Shown here: positions 47,528 through 64,000 of the stretch, one piece after another
Position numbering within the stretch: the stretch's first letter is position 1
Layout of the letters: every line of letters begins with the position of its first letter
DNA from: Escherichia phage vB_EcoM-UFV06
Strand: one strand, 5' to 3'
Sequence record: OP555980.1
Length of the DNA: 64,000 bases
Program-made: the position numbers and the translations under genes
Notes under the pieces: model-generated
The model's database searches: none
What the model was told of the DNA's origin: nothing
Seen by the model: only the letters and a program-made list of their open reading frames with translations

Positions 47528-50500
47528 CAGTAAAAGCACCTTCAGTCACTAGTCTCAGAATTTCCAAGTTATCCGCTAATCAGGTGCAAGTACGCTGGGA
47601 TGACGTTGGTGCTAATTTCTACTATTTTGTAGAAATCGCTGAGACAAAATCAAACTCGGGAAAAAATCTCCCGAGTAATCAATATCGTTGGATTAATTTA
47701 GGATATACAGCAAATAATAGTTTCTTTTTTGATGATGCTGATCCATTGACATCATATGTTATTAGAGTAGCTACAGCTGCGCAAGATTTTGAGCAGTCTG
47801 ATTGGATTTATACCGAAGAGTTTGAAACTTTTGCTACAAATGCTTATACATTTCAAAACATGATTGAAATGCAATTAGCCAATAAATTCATTCAGGAAAA
47901 ATTTACTCTTAATAATTCTGATTATGTTAATTTCAATAATGACACAATAATGGCTGCGTTGATGAATGAATCATTTCAGTTCAGCCCATCGTATGCTGAT
48001 GTCTCATCAATCAGTAATTTTATTATTGGTGAAAATGAGTATCATGAAATACAAGGTTCTATTCAGCAAGTATGTAAGGATATTAACCGAGTTTATTTGA
48101 TGGAATCAGAAGGAATTCTATATCTTTTTGAGCGCTATCAACCTGTAGTTAAAGTATCCAATGATAAAGGACAAACCTGGAAAGCTGTAAAGCTCTTCAA
48201 TGACCGTGTAGGATATCCTTTATCTAAGACTGTATATTACCAATCTGCAAACACAACATACGTTCTAGGATATGATAAGATTTTCTATGGCCGTAAATCG
48301 ACTGACGTTAGATGGTCAGCAGATGATGTCAGATTCAGTTCGCAGGATATAACATTTGCTAAATTAGGAGACCAACTTCATTTAGGATTCGATGTTGAAA
48401 TCTTCGCTACTTATGCGACTTTACCAGCGAATGTATATCGTATAGCTGAAGCCATCACTTGTACGGATGATTATATCTATGTTGTTGCCAGAGATAAAGT
48501 TAGATATATAAAAACGAGTAATGCACCTATAGATTCTGACCCGTTATCACCAACATACTCGGAAAGACTTTTTGAACCTGATACAATGACTATAACTGGA
48601 AATCCTAAAGCTGTATGCTATAAAATGGATTCTATCGGTGATAAAGTTTTTGCTCTTATTATTGGTGAAGTTGAAACATTAAATGCTAATCCTAGAACAT
48701 CAAAAATAATTGATTCTGCTGATAAAGGAATATATGTTTTAAATCACGACACAAAAACGTGGAAAAGAGTTTTTGGCAACACCGAAGAAGAAAGAAGACG
48801 TATTCAACCTGGATACGCAAACATGTCAACTGATGGTAAATTAGTTTCTCTGTCTTCGAGTAATTTTAAATTTTTAAGTGATAACATTGTTAATGACCCT
48901 GAAACTGCTGTAAAATACCAGTTAATCGATGCTGTTAAATATGAATTTCCTCGCGAATGGTTAGCTGATAAACATTATCATATGATGGCGTTTATAGCGG
49001 ATGAAAAATCTGATTGGGAGACTTTTACTCCTCAACCGATGAAATACTACGCAGAACCGTTCTTTAATTGGTCTAAAAAATCTAACACTCGTTGTTGGAT
49101 AAACAACTCTGATAAAGCTGTTGTAGTTTATGCAGATTTGAAATACACCAAAGTTATTGAAAATATTCCAGAAACGTCACCAGATAGATTAGTACATGAA
49201 TACTGGGATGATGGCGATTGCACTATAGTAATGCCAAATGTTAAATTCACTGGATTTAAAAAATACGCATCAGGAATGCTTTTTTATAAATCTTCTGGTG
49301 AAATAATTTCTTATTATGATTTTAACTATCGTGTGAGAGATACAGTAGAAATTATTTGGAAGCCGACTGAAGTATTTTTAAAAGCATTTTTACAAAACCA
49401 AGAGCGTGAAACTCCTTGGTCACCAGAAGAAGAACGTGGATTAGCTGACCCTGATTTAAGACCATTAATTGGCACAATGATGCCTGATTCTTATTTGTTA
49501 CAAGATTCTAATTTTGAGGCATTTTGTGAAGCATATATTCAATATCTTTCTGACGGATATGGAACTCAGTATAACAATTTACGAAATTTAATTCGTAACC
49601 AATATCCACGAGAAGAGCATGCGTGGGAATATTTATGGTCAGAAATATATAAAAGAAACATTTATTTAAATGCTGACAAACGCGATGCTGTTGCAAGATT
49701 TTTTGAATCACGTAGCTATGATTTTTATTCTACTAAAGGAATTGAAGCATCATATAAATTTCTTTTTAAAGTTCTTTATAATGAAGAAGTTGAAATTGAA
49801 ATTGAATCGGGAGCAGGTACTGAATATGATGTAATCATTCAATCTGATTCTCTTACAGAAGATTTAGTAGGACAAACTATCTATACTGCAACTGGAAGAT
49901 GTAATGTTACTTATATAGAAAGAAGTTATTCTAACGGTAAATTGCAATGGACCGTGACTATACATAATCTTTTGGGGCGGTTAATAGCAGGACAAGAAGT
50001 TAAAGCAGAAAGACTTCCGGGCTTTGAAGGCGAAATTATTCGTGGGGTTAAAGGAAAAGATTTGCTTCAAAATAATATAGACTATATTAATAGAAGTAGA
50101 TCATATTATGTAATGAAAATTAAATCCAATTTACCTTCTTCCCGCTGGAAATCTGACGTTATTCGTTTTGTTCACCCAGTAGGATTTGGATTTATAGCAA
50201 TCACGCTTTTAACTATGTTTATTAATGTCGGTTTAACTCTTAAACACACAGAGACAATAATTAATAAATATAAAAACTACAAATGGGATTCTGGATTACC
50301 TACTGAATACGCAGACCGTGTAGCTAAATTGACTCCTACCGGTGAAATTGAACATGATTCAGTAACGGGTGAAGCAATTTATGAACCTGGTCCAATGTCC
50401 GGTATAGAATATCCTCTTCCTGGCGACTATAATACCGAAAATAATAATTCAGTATTTCAAGGTCAATTGCCGTCTGAACGACGTAAATTAATGAGTCCTT

Positions 50501-50622
50501 TATTTGATGCATCTGGAACAACATTTGCACAATTTAGAGATTTAGTTAATAAACGTCTAAAAGATAATATAGGAAATCCAAGAGACCCTGAAAATCCAAC
50601 ACAGGTTAAAATAGATGAATGA
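47524..50622 (+). CDS. 7: Baseplate wedge protein gp7
   Basis: 1032 aa; synteny. Confidence 0.9.
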   Translation: MTVKAPSVTSLRISKLSANQVQVRWDDVGANFYYFVEIAETKSNSGKNLPSNQYRWINLGYTANNSFFFDDADPLTSYVIRVATAAQDFEQSDWIYTEEFETFATNAYTFQNMIEMQLANKFIQEKFTLNNSDYVNFNNDTIMAALMNESFQFSPSYADVSSISNFIIGENEYHEIQGSIQQVCKDINRVYLMESEGILYLFERYQPVVKVSNDKGQTWKAVKLFNDRVGYPLSKTVYYQSANTTYVLGYDKIFYGRKSTDVRWSADDVRFSSQDITFAKLGDQLHLGFDVEIFATYATLPANVYRIAEAITCTDDYIYVVARDKVRYIKTSNAPIDSDPLSPTYSERLFEPDTMTITGNPKAVCYKMDSIGDKVFALIIGEVETLNANPRTSKIIDSADKGIYVLNHDTKTWKRVFGNTEEERRRIQPGYANMSTDGKLVSLSSSNFKFLSDNIVNDPETAVKYQLIDAVKYEFPREWLADKHYHMMAFIADEKSDWETFTPQPMKYYAEPFFNWSKKSNTRCWINNSDKAVVVYADLKYTKVIENIPETSPDRLVHEYWDDGDCTIVMPNVKFTGFKKYASGMLFYKSSGEIISYYDFNYRVRDTVEIIWKPTEVFLKAFLQNQERETPWSPEEERGLADPDLRPLIGTMMPDSYLLQDSNFEAFCEAYIQYLSDGYGTQYNNLRNLIRNQYPREEHAWEYLWSEIYKRNIYLNADKRDAVARFFESRSYDFYSTKGIEASYKFLFKVLYNEEVEIEIESGAGTEYDVIIQSDSLTEDLVGQTIYTATGRCNVTYIERSYSNGKLQWTVTIHNLLGRLIAGQEVKAERLPGFEGEIIRGVKGKDLLQNNIDYINRSRSYYVMKIKSNLPSSRWKSDVIRFVHPVGFGFIAITLLTMFINVGLTLKHTETIINKYKNYKWDSGLPTEYADRVAKLTPTGEIEHDSVTGEAIYEPGPMSGIEYPLPGDYNTENNNSVFQGQLPSERRKLMSPLFDASGTTFAQFRDLVNKRLKDNIGNPRDPENPTQVKIDE

Positions 50623-51718
50623 TTCAAGTGTTATCTATCGTGCGATAGTTACTTCAAAATTTAGAACAGAAAAAATGTTGAATTTTTATAATTCAATTGG
50701 AAGTGGTCCGGATAAAAACACTATCTTTATCACATTTGGAAGATCAGAACCGTGGTCATCAAATGAAAATGAGGTGGGCTTTGCCCCACCTTATCCTACC
50801 GATTCTGTATTAGGTGTAACTGACATGTGGACTCATATGATGGGAACAGTAAAAGTTCTTCCATCAATGCTTGATGCTGTTATTCCTCGCAGAGATTGGG
50901 GAGATACTAGATATCCGGATCCATACACATTTAGAATTAATGATATTGTAGTGTGCAACTCAGCTCCTTACAACGCTACTGAATCAGGCGCAGGCTGGTT
51001 AGTATATCGTTGTTTAGATGTTCCTGATACCGGAATGTGTTCAATAGCATCTTTAACTAATAAGGATGAATGTCTTAAATTAGGTGGAAAATGGACTCCT
51101 TCTGCTAGGTCAATGACTCCTCCTGAAGGCCGAGGAGATGCTGAAGGAACAATTGAACCTGGCGATGGATATGTATGGGAATATCTTTTTGAGATTCCGC
51201 CTGATGTATCTATAAATAGATGCACGAATGAGTATATTGTAGTTCCTTGGCCTGAGGAATTAAAAGAAGACCCGACTAGATGGGGGTATGAAGATAATCT
51301 CACTTGGCAGCAAGATGATTTTGGATTAATTTACCGTGTTAAGGCAAATACTATCCGTTTTAAAGCATATTTAGATTCAGTTTATTTTCCTGAAGCTGCA
51401 TTGCCGGGAAATAAAGGATTTAGACAAATATCAATAATTACGAATCCTCTTGAAGCTAAAGCTCATCCAAATGACCCAAATGATTTTCCTGAAGCTGCAT
51501 TGCCGGGAAATAAAGGATTTAGACAAATATCAATAATTACGAATCCTCTTGAAGCTAAAGCTCATCCAAATGACCCAAATGTTAAAGCTGAAAAGGATTA
51601 TTATGATCCGGAAGATTTAATGAGGCATTCGGGCGAAATGATTTATATGGAAAATAGGCCACCTATTATTATGGCAATGGATCAGACAGAAGAAATCAAT
51701 ATTCTGTTTACATTTTAA
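50615..51718 (+). CDS. 8: Baseplate wedge protein gp8, with internal 33-aa tandem duplication
   Basis: 367 aa, which is the recalled T4 length of 334 plus 33; residues 258-290 repeated as 291-323. Confidence 0.85.
   Translation: MNDSSVIYRAIVTSKFRTEKMLNFYNSIGSGPDKNTIFITFGRSEPWSSNENEVGFAPPYPTDSVLGVTDMWTHMMGTVKVLPSMLDAVIPRRDWGDTRYPDPYTFRINDIVVCNSAPYNATESGAGWLVYRCLDVPDTGMCSIASLTNKDECLKLGGKWTPSARSMTPPEGRGDAEGTIEPGDGYVWEYLFEIPPDVSINRCTNEYIVVPWPEELKEDPTRWGYEDNLTWQQDDFGLIYRVKANTIRFKAYLDSVYFPEAALPGNKGFRQISIITNPLEAKAHPNDPNDFPEAALPGNKGFRQISIITNPLEAKAHPNDPNVKAEKDYYDPEDLMRHSGEMIYMENRPPIIMAMDQTEEINILFTF
51384..51582 (+). repeat. Perfect 99-bp direct tandem duplication inside gene 8
   Basis: Two adjacent 99-bp copies, identical by eye, in frame. 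Confidence 0.9.
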
Positions 51719-51723
51719 ATTAA

Positions 51724-51746
51724 GGGAGCCCATGGGCTCCCTTTTT
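51724..51746 (+). terminator. Intrinsic terminator after gene 8
   Basis: gggagcc-catg-ggctccc stem-loop followed by TTTTT. Confidence 0.7.
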
Positions 51747-51749
51747 CTT

Positions 51750-51757
51750 TATAAATA
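51750..51757 (+). promoter_or_regulatory. Late promoter box TATAAATA for gene 9
   Basis: Perfect TATAAATA 25 bp upstream of the gene 9 ATG. Confidence 0.65.
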
Positions 51758-51781
51758 CTATAAACTCATAAGGAAACCGCT

Positions 51782-52648
51782 ATGTTCATTCAAGAACCAA
51801 AGAAATTGATTGATACCGGCGAAATTGGTAACGCTTCTACTGGTGATATCTTATTCGACGGTGGTAATAAAATTAATAGTGATTTTAACGCAATTTATAA
51901 CGCGTTTGGCGATCAACGTAAAATGGCAGTAGCAAATGGCACTGGAGCAGATGGTCAAATTATCCATGCTACTGGATATTATCAAAAACACTCTATTGCA
52001 GAGTATGCAACTCCAGTAAAAGTTGGCACTAGGCATGATATTGATACCTCTACTGTAGGTGTTAAAGTTATCATTGAAAGAGGCGAACTTGGCGACTGCG
52101 TTGAATTTATTAACTCAAATGGATCAATATCAGTTACTAATCCTTTAACGATTCAAGCTATTGATTCAATTAAAGGCGTTTCAGGTAATTTAGTAGTAAC
52201 TAGTCCATATAGTAAAGTTACCTTACGTTGTATTTCATCTGATAATTCTACGTCGGTTTGGAATTATTCTATTGAAAGTATGTTTGGTCAAAAGGAATCA
52301 CCTGCTGAAGGTACATGGAATATTTCTACATCTGGATCAGTTGACATTCCACTATTTCATCGCACTGAATACAATATGGCTAAATTGCTAGTTACGTGCC
52401 AATCAGTAGATGGAAGAAAAATTAAAACAGCAGAAATAAATATTCTTGTGGATACTGTTAATTCAGAAGTTATTTCTTCTGAGTATGCTGTCATGCGAGT
52501 TGGAAATGAAACAGAAGAAGACGAAATCGCTAATATTGCATTTAGTATTAAAGAAAATTACGTAACGGCGACTATAAGTTCTTCAACTGTCGGTATGAGA
52601 GCAGCAGTTAAAGTTATCGCTACGCAGAAAATCGGGGTGGCTCAATAA
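51782..52648 (+). CDS. 9: Baseplate wedge tail-fiber connector gp9
   Basis: 288 aa; synteny. Confidence 0.9.
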   Translation: MFIQEPKKLIDTGEIGNASTGDILFDGGNKINSDFNAIYNAFGDQRKMAVANGTGADGQIIHATGYYQKHSIAEYATPVKVGTRHDIDTSTVGVKVIIERGELGDCVEFINSNGSISVTNPLTIQAIDSIKGVSGNLVVTSPYSKVTLRCISSDNSTSVWNYSIESMFGQKESPAEGTWNISTSGSVDIPLFHRTEYNMAKLLVTCQSVDGRKIKTAEINILVDTVNSEVISSEYAVMRVGNETEEDEIANIAFSIKENYVTATISSSTVGMRAAVKVIATQKIGVAQ

Positions 52649-54453
52649 TGAAACAAAATATTAATATCGGTAATGTTGTAGATGATGGTACCGGTGACTA
52701 CCTGCGTAAAGGTGGTATAAAAATAAATGAAAACTTTGATGAGCTTTATTATGAACTCGGTGATGGTAATGTTCCATATTCAGCCGGTGCCTGGAAAACT
52801 TATAATGCTTCATCTGGGCAAACATTAAAAGCTGAATGGGGAAAATCATACGCTATTAATACTTCGTCTGGAAGAGTAACACTGCAACTTCCTAAAGGAA
52901 CTGTTAATGATTATAATAAAGTAATTAGAGCTAGGGATGTATTTGCAACATGGAATGTTAATCCAGTTACTTTAGTAGCCTCTTCTGGTGATACTATCAA
53001 AGGATCATCGTCATCGGTTGAAATTAACGTTCAATTTAGTGATTTAGAGCTAGTTTATTGCGCTCCGGGTCGTTGGGAATATGTCAAAAATAAACAAATT
53101 GACAAAATTATTAGTTCAGACATTAGCAATGTAGCTCGTAAAGAATTTTTAGTCGAAGTTCAAGGACAAACAGACTTTTTAGATATTTTCCGTGGAACTA
53201 GTTATAATGTTAATAACATCAGAGTAAAACACCGCGGTAACGAATTGTATTACGGCGATGTTTTTAGCGAAAACAGTGACTTTGGCTCTCCAGGGGAAAA
53301 TGAAGGAGAATTGGTTCCTCTTGATGGATTTAATATTAGATTAAGACAGCCTTGTAATATTGGTGACACTGTTCAAATTGAAACATTTATGGATGGTGTA
53401 TCGCAGTGGAGAAGTTCATACACAAGACGTCAAATAAAAGTATTAGATTCAAAATTAACATCAAAAACTTCTTTGGAAGGAAGTATTTACGTTACTGATT
53501 TATCGACAATGAAATCAATTCCATTCTCCGCATTTGGATTAATTCCAGGAGAACCTATTAATCCTAATTCTCTTGAAGTTCGTTTTAATGGAATTTTACA
53601 ACAACAAGCTGGAACAGCAGGATATCCTCTGTTTTTATGTGAAGGCGCTAATTCAGATACACAAGAAGGATGTATATCTCTTGGTGGTGAATGGAAAGAA
53701 TCAAACACAGATTATTCTATAGAATATGAAGATGGAAAACCGATCAGTCTTTTATTTGATAGAAAATTTGAATCAGGTGATATAATCGTTATAACATGGT
53801 TCAATAATGATTTAGGAACTCTTTTGGAAAAAGATGACATTATTGAATTAACTGATGAACGCTATGTTAGCAAAGGATCATCTACTGAAGTTACTGGTGA
53901 TGTAGCCTTAACTGATTTTGATAAAATCGGTTGGCCAAATGTTGAAAAAGTTGATTCTTATACTAGAACATATAATTCAATATCATCTATTTTCGATAGC
54001 ATTTATCCCATTGGTTCAATTTATGAAAATGCTATAAACCCAAATAATCCGGTGACTTATATGGGATTTGGTTCATGGAAATTATTTGGTAAAGGACAAG
54101 TTTTAGTAGGATGGAATGATGATGTTACGGATCCAAACTTTGCATTAAATAACAATGATTTAGATTCTAGCGGAAATCCTTCGCATACTGCCGGTGGAAC
54201 AGTTGGAACAACATCAGTGACACTTGAGAACGCAAATCTTCCTGCGACTAAAACTGATGAAAAAGTTTTAATTGAAGATGAAAACGGATCAGTTATTATT
54301 GGAGGTTGCCAATATGACCCAGATGAAACTGGTCCTATATATACAAAATATCGTGAAGACTACGCAACAACAAACTCTTCACATACTCCTCCTGCTAATA
54401 TTAGTAATATTCAACCGTCTATTACTGTATACCGTTGGATAAGGATTGCATAA
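52648..54453 (+). CDS. 10: Baseplate wedge protein gp10
   Basis: 601 aa; synteny. Confidence 0.9.
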   Translation: MKQNINIGNVVDDGTGDYLRKGGIKINENFDELYYELGDGNVPYSAGAWKTYNASSGQTLKAEWGKSYAINTSSGRVTLQLPKGTVNDYNKVIRARDVFATWNVNPVTLVASSGDTIKGSSSSVEINVQFSDLELVYCAPGRWEYVKNKQIDKIISSDISNVARKEFLVEVQGQTDFLDIFRGTSYNVNNIRVKHRGNELYYGDVFSENSDFGSPGENEGELVPLDGFNIRLRQPCNIGDTVQIETFMDGVSQWRSSYTRRQIKVLDSKLTSKTSLEGSIYVTDLSTMKSIPFSAFGLIPGEPINPNSLEVRFNGILQQQAGTAGYPLFLCEGANSDTQEGCISLGGEWKESNTDYSIEYEDGKPISLLFDRKFESGDIIVITWFNNDLGTLLEKDDIIELTDERYVSKGSSTEVTGDVALTDFDKIGWPNVEKVDSYTRTYNSISSIFDSIYPIGSIYENAINPNNPVTYMGFGSWKLFGKGQVLVGWNDDVTDPNFALNNNDLDSSGNPSHTAGGTVGTTSVTLENANLPATKTDEKVLIEDENGSVIIGGCQYDPDETGPIYTKYREDYATTNSSHTPPANISNIQPSITVYRWIRIA

Positions 54454-55112
54454 TGAGTTTACTTAATAATAAAGCGGGAGTTATTTCCCGCTTAGCAGAT
54501 TTTCTTGGTTTTAGAACTAAGAAAAATGATATTTCGGTTATGAATAATCAGCCGGTAGGTGCTGTAACAATTTCACAAATAGCAAAAGGTTTTTATGACC
54601 CAAATGTAGAATCTGCTATCAATGATGTTAGAAATATGGCAGAGCAACAGGTTGGAGCTGTATTAGTTAATATAAGTGGCGTATCTCCTACCGGCGTGCA
54701 GCAAACAGACTATTGGTCATTTGAAGGAACTGTTACTGATACTTCAGCCAAACCAGGTGACCCAGTTATTGTTAATATGTTTGGCATTCCTGTTAAAGCT
54801 ACTAATGGAATGACTTCAATCGAATTTACCAGTGCCGTTAGAACAGCTCTGCAGGAAATGGTTGCAAAATTTATTGCAATTGATTCATTTGAAGACCATC
54901 CTACCATAGGAAATAAAATACAAGTTAAGTATTTAGATAACCAAGAACATATCTTAGAACAATACTCTGATAAAGGAATTACTTTCAAACAGGAAATAAT
55001 TTCTCCTTCTAAACCTGGGTATGGAACTTGGCAATTATTAGGTGCGCAAACTGTTACGCTAGATAGTCACACCCAACCTACAGTATTTTATTATTTTGAG
55101 AGAATAGCATGA
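54453..55112 (+). CDS. 11: Baseplate wedge protein gp11
   Basis: 219 aa from the ATG overlapping the gp10 stop. Confidence 0.85.
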   Translation: MSLLNNKAGVISRLADFLGFRTKKNDISVMNNQPVGAVTISQIAKGFYDPNVESAINDVRNMAEQQVGAVLVNISGVSPTGVQQTDYWSFEGTVTDTSAKPGDPVIVNMFGIPVKATNGMTSIEFTSAVRTALQEMVAKFIAIDSFEDHPTIGNKIQVKYLDNQEHILEQYSDKGITFKQEIISPSKPGYGTWQLLGAQTVTLDSHTQPTVFYYFERIA

Positions 55113-56659
55113 GTAACAATACATATCAGCACGTATCAAATGAATCAAAATACGTTAAATTCGATCCTGCAGGATCGAATTTTCCTGACACTGTCACGAC
55201 AGTGCAGTCAGCATTATCAAAAATAAGTAATATCGGCGTAAATGGTATTCCTGATGCAACTATGGAAGTTAAAGGAATAGCAATGATTGCATCGGAGCAA
55301 GAGGTTTTAGATGGAACTAATAATTCTAAAATCGTTACACCAGCTACATTAGCAACAAGATTATTGTATCCAAATGCTACTGAAACTAAATATGGATTAA
55401 CGCGCTATTCAACAAATGAAGAAACTTTAGAAGGCTCAGATAATAATTCATCAATAACGCCGCAAAAACTGAAATACCATACTGACGATGTATTCCAAAA
55501 TAGGTATTCATCTGAATCATCAAATGGAGTTATTAAAATATCATCTACTCCTGCGGCTTTGGCTGGTATAGATGATACTACGGCGATGACTCCGTTGAAA
55601 ACCCAAAAACTCGCAATAAAATTAATTTCGCAAATAGCTCCTTCAGAAGACACAGCATCAGAATCTGTTAGAGGTGTAGTTCAGTTATCAACTGTCGCTC
55701 AAACTCGTCAAGGAACTCTCCGCGAAGGATATGCAATTTCTCCGTATACCTTTATGAATTCTGTTGCAACACAAGAATATAAGGGTGTTATACGTTTAGG
55801 AACACAATCAGAAATTAACAGTAATTTGGGAGATGTTGCAGTAACAGGTGAAACATTAAATGGTCGAGGAGCTACCGGTTCTATGCGTGGGGTAGTAAAA
55901 TTAACGACGCAAGCCGGTATTGCCCCTGAAGGTGATAGCTCTGGAGCATTAGCATGGAACGCAGATGTAATTAATACTCGCGGTGGACAAACTATTAATG
56001 GTTCTTTAAATTTAGATCATTTAACAGCAAATGGAATTTGGTCGCGCGGCGGAATGTGGAAAAATGGCGATCAACCTGTTGCCACTGAAAGATATGCGTC
56101 CGAAAGGGTTCCAGTTGGAACTATTATGATGTTTGCTGGAGATTCAGCTCCTCCTGGTTGGATTATGTGTCATGGTGGAACCGTGTCAGGAGATCAATAT
56201 CCTGATTATAGAAACACAGTTGGAACGAGATTTGGTGGCGATTGGAATAATCCTGGCATTCCTGATATGCGAGGTCTTTTCGTCAGAGGAGCTGGTACTG
56301 GTGGTCATATTTTAAATCAACGAGGGCAAGATGGTTACGGGAAGGATAGACTTGGTGTAGGATGTGACGGAATGCATGTTGGCGGTGTTCAAGCACAACA
56401 GATGTCATACCATAAACATGCTGGTGGTTGGGGAGAATACCAAAGACATGAAGCTCCATTTGGCGCGTCCGTTTATCAAGGATATCTTGGAACTAGAAAA
56501 TATGCCGACTGGGATAATGCTTCATACTTCACTAATGATGGATTTGAATTAGGTGGACCGAGAGATGCCCTTGGTACACTTAATCGTGAAGGATTAATTG
56601 GTTATGAAACTAGACCATGGAATATATCATTAAACTATATTATTAAAATTCATTACTAA
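55109..56659 (+). CDS. 12: Short tail fiber protein gp12
   Basis: 516 aa; synteny. Confidence 0.9.
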   Translation: MSNNTYQHVSNESKYVKFDPAGSNFPDTVTTVQSALSKISNIGVNGIPDATMEVKGIAMIASEQEVLDGTNNSKIVTPATLATRLLYPNATETKYGLTRYSTNEETLEGSDNNSSITPQKLKYHTDDVFQNRYSSESSNGVIKISSTPAALAGIDDTTAMTPLKTQKLAIKLISQIAPSEDTASESVRGVVQLSTVAQTRQGTLREGYAISPYTFMNSVATQEYKGVIRLGTQSEINSNLGDVAVTGETLNGRGATGSMRGVVKLTTQAGIAPEGDSSGALAWNADVINTRGGQTINGSLNLDHLTANGIWSRGGMWKNGDQPVATERYASERVPVGTIMMFAGDSAPPGWIMCHGGTVSGDQYPDYRNTVGTRFGGDWNNPGIPDMRGLFVRGAGTGGHILNQRGQDGYGKDRLGVGCDGMHVGGVQAQQMSYHKHAGGWGEYQRHEAPFGASVYQGYLGTRKYADWDNASYFTNDGFELGGPRDALGTLNREGLIGYETRPWNISLNYIIKIHY

Positions 56660-56668
56660 GGATTACAA

Positions 56669-58126
56669 ATGATTGAATTAAAAGATTTACCTTTTGTTGA
56701 TAGCGTTCCTGACGAAGGTCAGGAGCGTATTTCATGGATTAAAAATGGTGAAGAAATACTAGGAGCTAGTACTAAGTATGGAAACGATGGATCAATGAAT
56801 AGACCAACTGTGTCCGTATTTAAAAATGTTGAGGTTCTTGATGAAAATATAGGAATTCTTAAAACTGCCGTTGAAACATCACAGGAAGATATTAAAACAA
56901 TTCAAGGCATTTTGGATGTATCTGGAGATATCGAAGCACTATCACAGATTAGCGTTAATAAAAATGACATATCAAATTTAAAGACGCTTACGAATGAACA
57001 CACTGATATATTAAATGGTACAAATGCCACTGTTGACCGCATTCTTTCTGATATAGGTCCATTTAATGAACACGCAAATTCAGTTTATAGAACAGTTCGA
57101 AATGATTTGTTATGGATTAAAAGAGAATTAGGGCAATATGCTGGACAAGATATTAATGGTCTTCCTGTTGTAGGAAATAGCAGCACGGGTATGAAGCACC
57201 GTATCATTAATAATACAGATGCTATAACTTCCCAAGGAATACGTCTAAGTGATTTGGAAGAAAAATTTATTGAATCTGATGTAGGTTCACTGACAATTGA
57301 AGTTGGAAATCTTAGACAAGAACTTGGACAAAGACCATCTTCATTTAGTGAAAGCATATATTCACGTGTGCATAATTTAGATCAATCGCAGATTAATCTT
57401 AGTTCCGAAATTAAATCTATCAAAACTTCTATTGGATATCCAGGAAATACTTCAATAATCACAGATGTCAATGTCAATAGTCAAGAAATTTCAGCTTTAA
57501 ATGATGAACTAAATAAAAGTGGCGGCGTTAAACAGCGATTAACTGTTATTGAAACATCGATTGGTTCAGATGATATTCCTTCTAGTATTAAAGGTCAAAT
57601 TAAAGATAATACAACTTCTATTGAATCTTTAAATGGAATTGTAGGTGAAAACACCTCGTCCGGTTTAAGAGCTAACGTTTCATGGCTAAATCAGATAGTT
57701 GGAACTGATTCTAGCGGAGGTCAACCTTCTCCTCCGGGGTCTCTTTTAAATAGAGTTTCAACAGTTGAAACCTCTGTTAATAGACTTAACAATGATGTTC
57801 AAAACTTACAGGTTGAAATTGGTAATAACAATTCCGGAATTAAAGGGCAAGTTGTAACACTAAATAAATTAGTAAATGGAACAAATCCGAATGGTTCAAC
57901 TGTCGAAGAACGCGGATTGACTAATTCAATAAAAGCTAATGAGACTAACATTTCTTCAATTAATCAAGAGATTCGTAGTATTAAAGGTAATGTGTCCTCA
58001 TTACAGAGGGATGTCCAGACTTTACAAGAAGCTGGTTATATTCCTGAAGCTCCAAAAGATGGTCAAGCTTACGTTCGTAAAGACGGCGAATGGGTATTGC
58101 TTTCTACCTTTTTATCACCAGCATAA
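56669..58126 (+). CDS. wac: Fibritin (whisker/neck protein)
   Basis: 485 aa; segmented coiled coil; C-terminal foldon [27 protein letters not shown]. Confidence 0.9.
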   Translation: MIELKDLPFVDSVPDEGQERISWIKNGEEILGASTKYGNDGSMNRPTVSVFKNVEVLDENIGILKTAVETSQEDIKTIQGILDVSGDIEALSQISVNKNDISNLKTLTNEHTDILNGTNATVDRILSDIGPFNEHANSVYRTVRNDLLWIKRELGQYAGQDINGLPVVGNSSTGMKHRIINNTDAITSQGIRLSDLEEKFIESDVGSLTIEVGNLRQELGQRPSSFSESIYSRVHNLDQSQINLSSEIKSIKTSIGYPGNTSIITDVNVNSQEISALNDELNKSGGVKQRLTVIETSIGSDDIPSSIKGQIKDNTTSIESLNGIVGENTSSGLRANVSWLNQIVGTDSSGGQPSPPGSLLNRVSTVETSVNRLNNDVQNLQVEIGNNNSGIKGQVVTLNKLVNGTNPNGSTVEERGLTNSIKANETNISSINQEIRSIKGNVSSLQRDVQTLQEAGYIPEAPKDGQAYVRKDGEWVLLSTFLSPA

Positions 58127-58130
58127 CATG

Positions 58131-58144
58131 GGGCCGCAAGGCCC
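58131..58144 (+). terminator. Hairpin after wac
   Basis: gggcc-gcaa-ggccc stem-loop; weak U-run. Confidence 0.4.
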
Positions 58145-58157
58145 TAAAGGATTTTAA

Positions 58158-59859
<1,702 letters not shown>

Positions 59860-59900
59860 TAAATATTATAAACTAATTAAAGCCCAGATTAGGAGAAATC

Positions 59901-63038
<3,138 letters not shown>

Positions 63039-63069
63039 ATATATTAAAGCATATTAAAGAGGATTAAAA

Positions 63070-64000
63070 ATGACTTTATTATCTCCGGGCATTGAGCTCA
63101 AAGAAACTACGGTTCAAAGCACCGTGGTTAATAACTCTACTGGTACAGCAGCTTTGGCCGGTAAATTCCAGTGGGGTCCTGCTTTTCAGATTAAACAGGT
63201 TACAAATGAAGTAGATTTAGTTAATACTTTTGGTCAACCAACCGCTGAAACTGCTGACTATTTTATGTCTGCGATGAATTTCTTGCAGTACGGAAATGAC
63301 TTACGAGTAGTTCGTGCTGTTGATAGAGATACCGCTAAAAACTCATCTCCGATTGCTGGTAATATTGAATACACAATTTCTACCCCAGGTAGTAACTATG
63401 CAGTTGGAGATAAAATCACGGTCAAATATGTTTCAGATGATATTGAAACTGAAGGTAAAATTACTGAAGTAGACGCAGATGGAAAAATTAAGAAAATTAA
63501 TATTCCTACTGCAAAAATTATCGCTAAAGCAAAAGAAGTCGGTGAATATCCAACACTAGGTTCTAACTGGACTGCAGAAATTTCTTCATCTTCTTCCGGT
63601 TTAGCTGCAGTAATAACTCTTGGAAAAATTATTACTGATTCCGGTATTTTATTAGCTGAAATCGAGAGCGCTGAAACTGCTATGACAGCAGTTGATTTTC
63701 AGGCAAATCTTGAAAAATATGGAATTCCAGGAGTAGTAGCTCTCTATCCAGGCGAATTAGGCGATAAAATTGAAATTGAAATCGTATCTAAAGCTGACTA
63801 TGCGAAAGGCGCTTCTGCATTACTCCCAATTTATCCAGGTGGTGGTACTCGTGCATCTACTGCTAAAGCGGTGTTTGGATATGGACCACAAACTGATTCA
63901 CAGTACGCTATTATAGTTCGTCGAAATGATGCTATTGTTCAAAGCGTTGTTCTTTCAACTAAGCGTGGTGAAAAAGATATTTACGATAGTAACATCTATA
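63070..64000 (+). CDS. 18: Tail sheath protein gp18 (5-prime partial, runs off the window)
   Basis: ATG at 63070; N-terminus MTLLSPGIELKETTVQSTVVNNSTG as recalled for T4 gp18. Confidence 0.9.
   Translation, partial: MTLLSPGIELKETTVQSTVVNNSTGTAALAGKFQWGPAFQIKQVTNEVDLVNTFGQPTAETADYFMSAMNFLQYGNDLRVVRAVDRDTAKNSSPIAGNIEYTISTPGSNYAVGDKITVKYVSDDIETEGKITEVDADGKIKKINIPTAKIIAKAKEVGEYPTLGSNWTAEISSSSSGLAAVITLGKIITDSGILLAEIESAETAMTAVDFQANLEKYGIPGVVALYPGELGDKIEIEIVSKADYAKGASALLPIYPGGGTRASTAKAVFGYGPQTDSQYAIIVRRNDAIVQSVVLSTKRGEKDIYDSNIY

Noticed and set aside
51384-51582. The 99-bp tandem repeat as a CRISPR array or minisatellite
   Set aside because: Only two units with no spacers, lying in frame within a structural gene; it is a coding duplication.
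43151-57357. Minus-strand ORFs inside the late structural genes (for example 43151..43345, 47053..47250, 49508..49711, 50968..51303, 53487..53708, 54710..54988, 55405..55653, 57085..57357)
   Set aside because: All antisense to long, well-supported late genes.

Overview
This window is a contiguous segment of a T4-like (Tevenvirinae) myovirus genome, running from recombination gene 46 to the start of tail-sheath gene 18. Positions 1-42400 are an early/middle region transcribed almost entirely on the minus strand: 46, 47, a-gt, 55, nrdH/nrdG/nrdD, 49, nrdC and about eleven downstream ORFs, rI, tk, regB, a GrcA-like glycyl-radical gene, internal proteins, lysozyme e, nudE, an 11-tRNA cluster, ipI, 57B, 57A, 1, 3, 2, 4. 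Positions 42400-64000 are plus-strand late genes: baseplate 53, 5, 5.4, 6-12, fibritin wac, neck 13/14, 15, terminase 16/17, and the 5-prime part of 18. Gene calls rest on the six-frame track, visible motifs, synteny and my recollection of T4 proteins; no database search was run. All comparisons with T4 are from memory. The most notable observations are: a late-promoter-driven, terminator-flanked cassette encoding a protein with a capsid-targeting-like leader; three tRNAs with GUN anticodons (His, Asn, probable Tyr) beyond the T4 set as I recall it; a 99-bp perfect in-frame tandem duplication inside baseplate gene 8; a GrcA-like gene whose 3-prime half looks host-derived; a macro-domain protein; a plus-strand homing-endonuclease-like gene fragment at the window edge; and apparent absence of the T4 mobile elements (nrdD intron, mobD, segB) and of denV. 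Non-coding coordinates were read by hand and may be off by a base or two.
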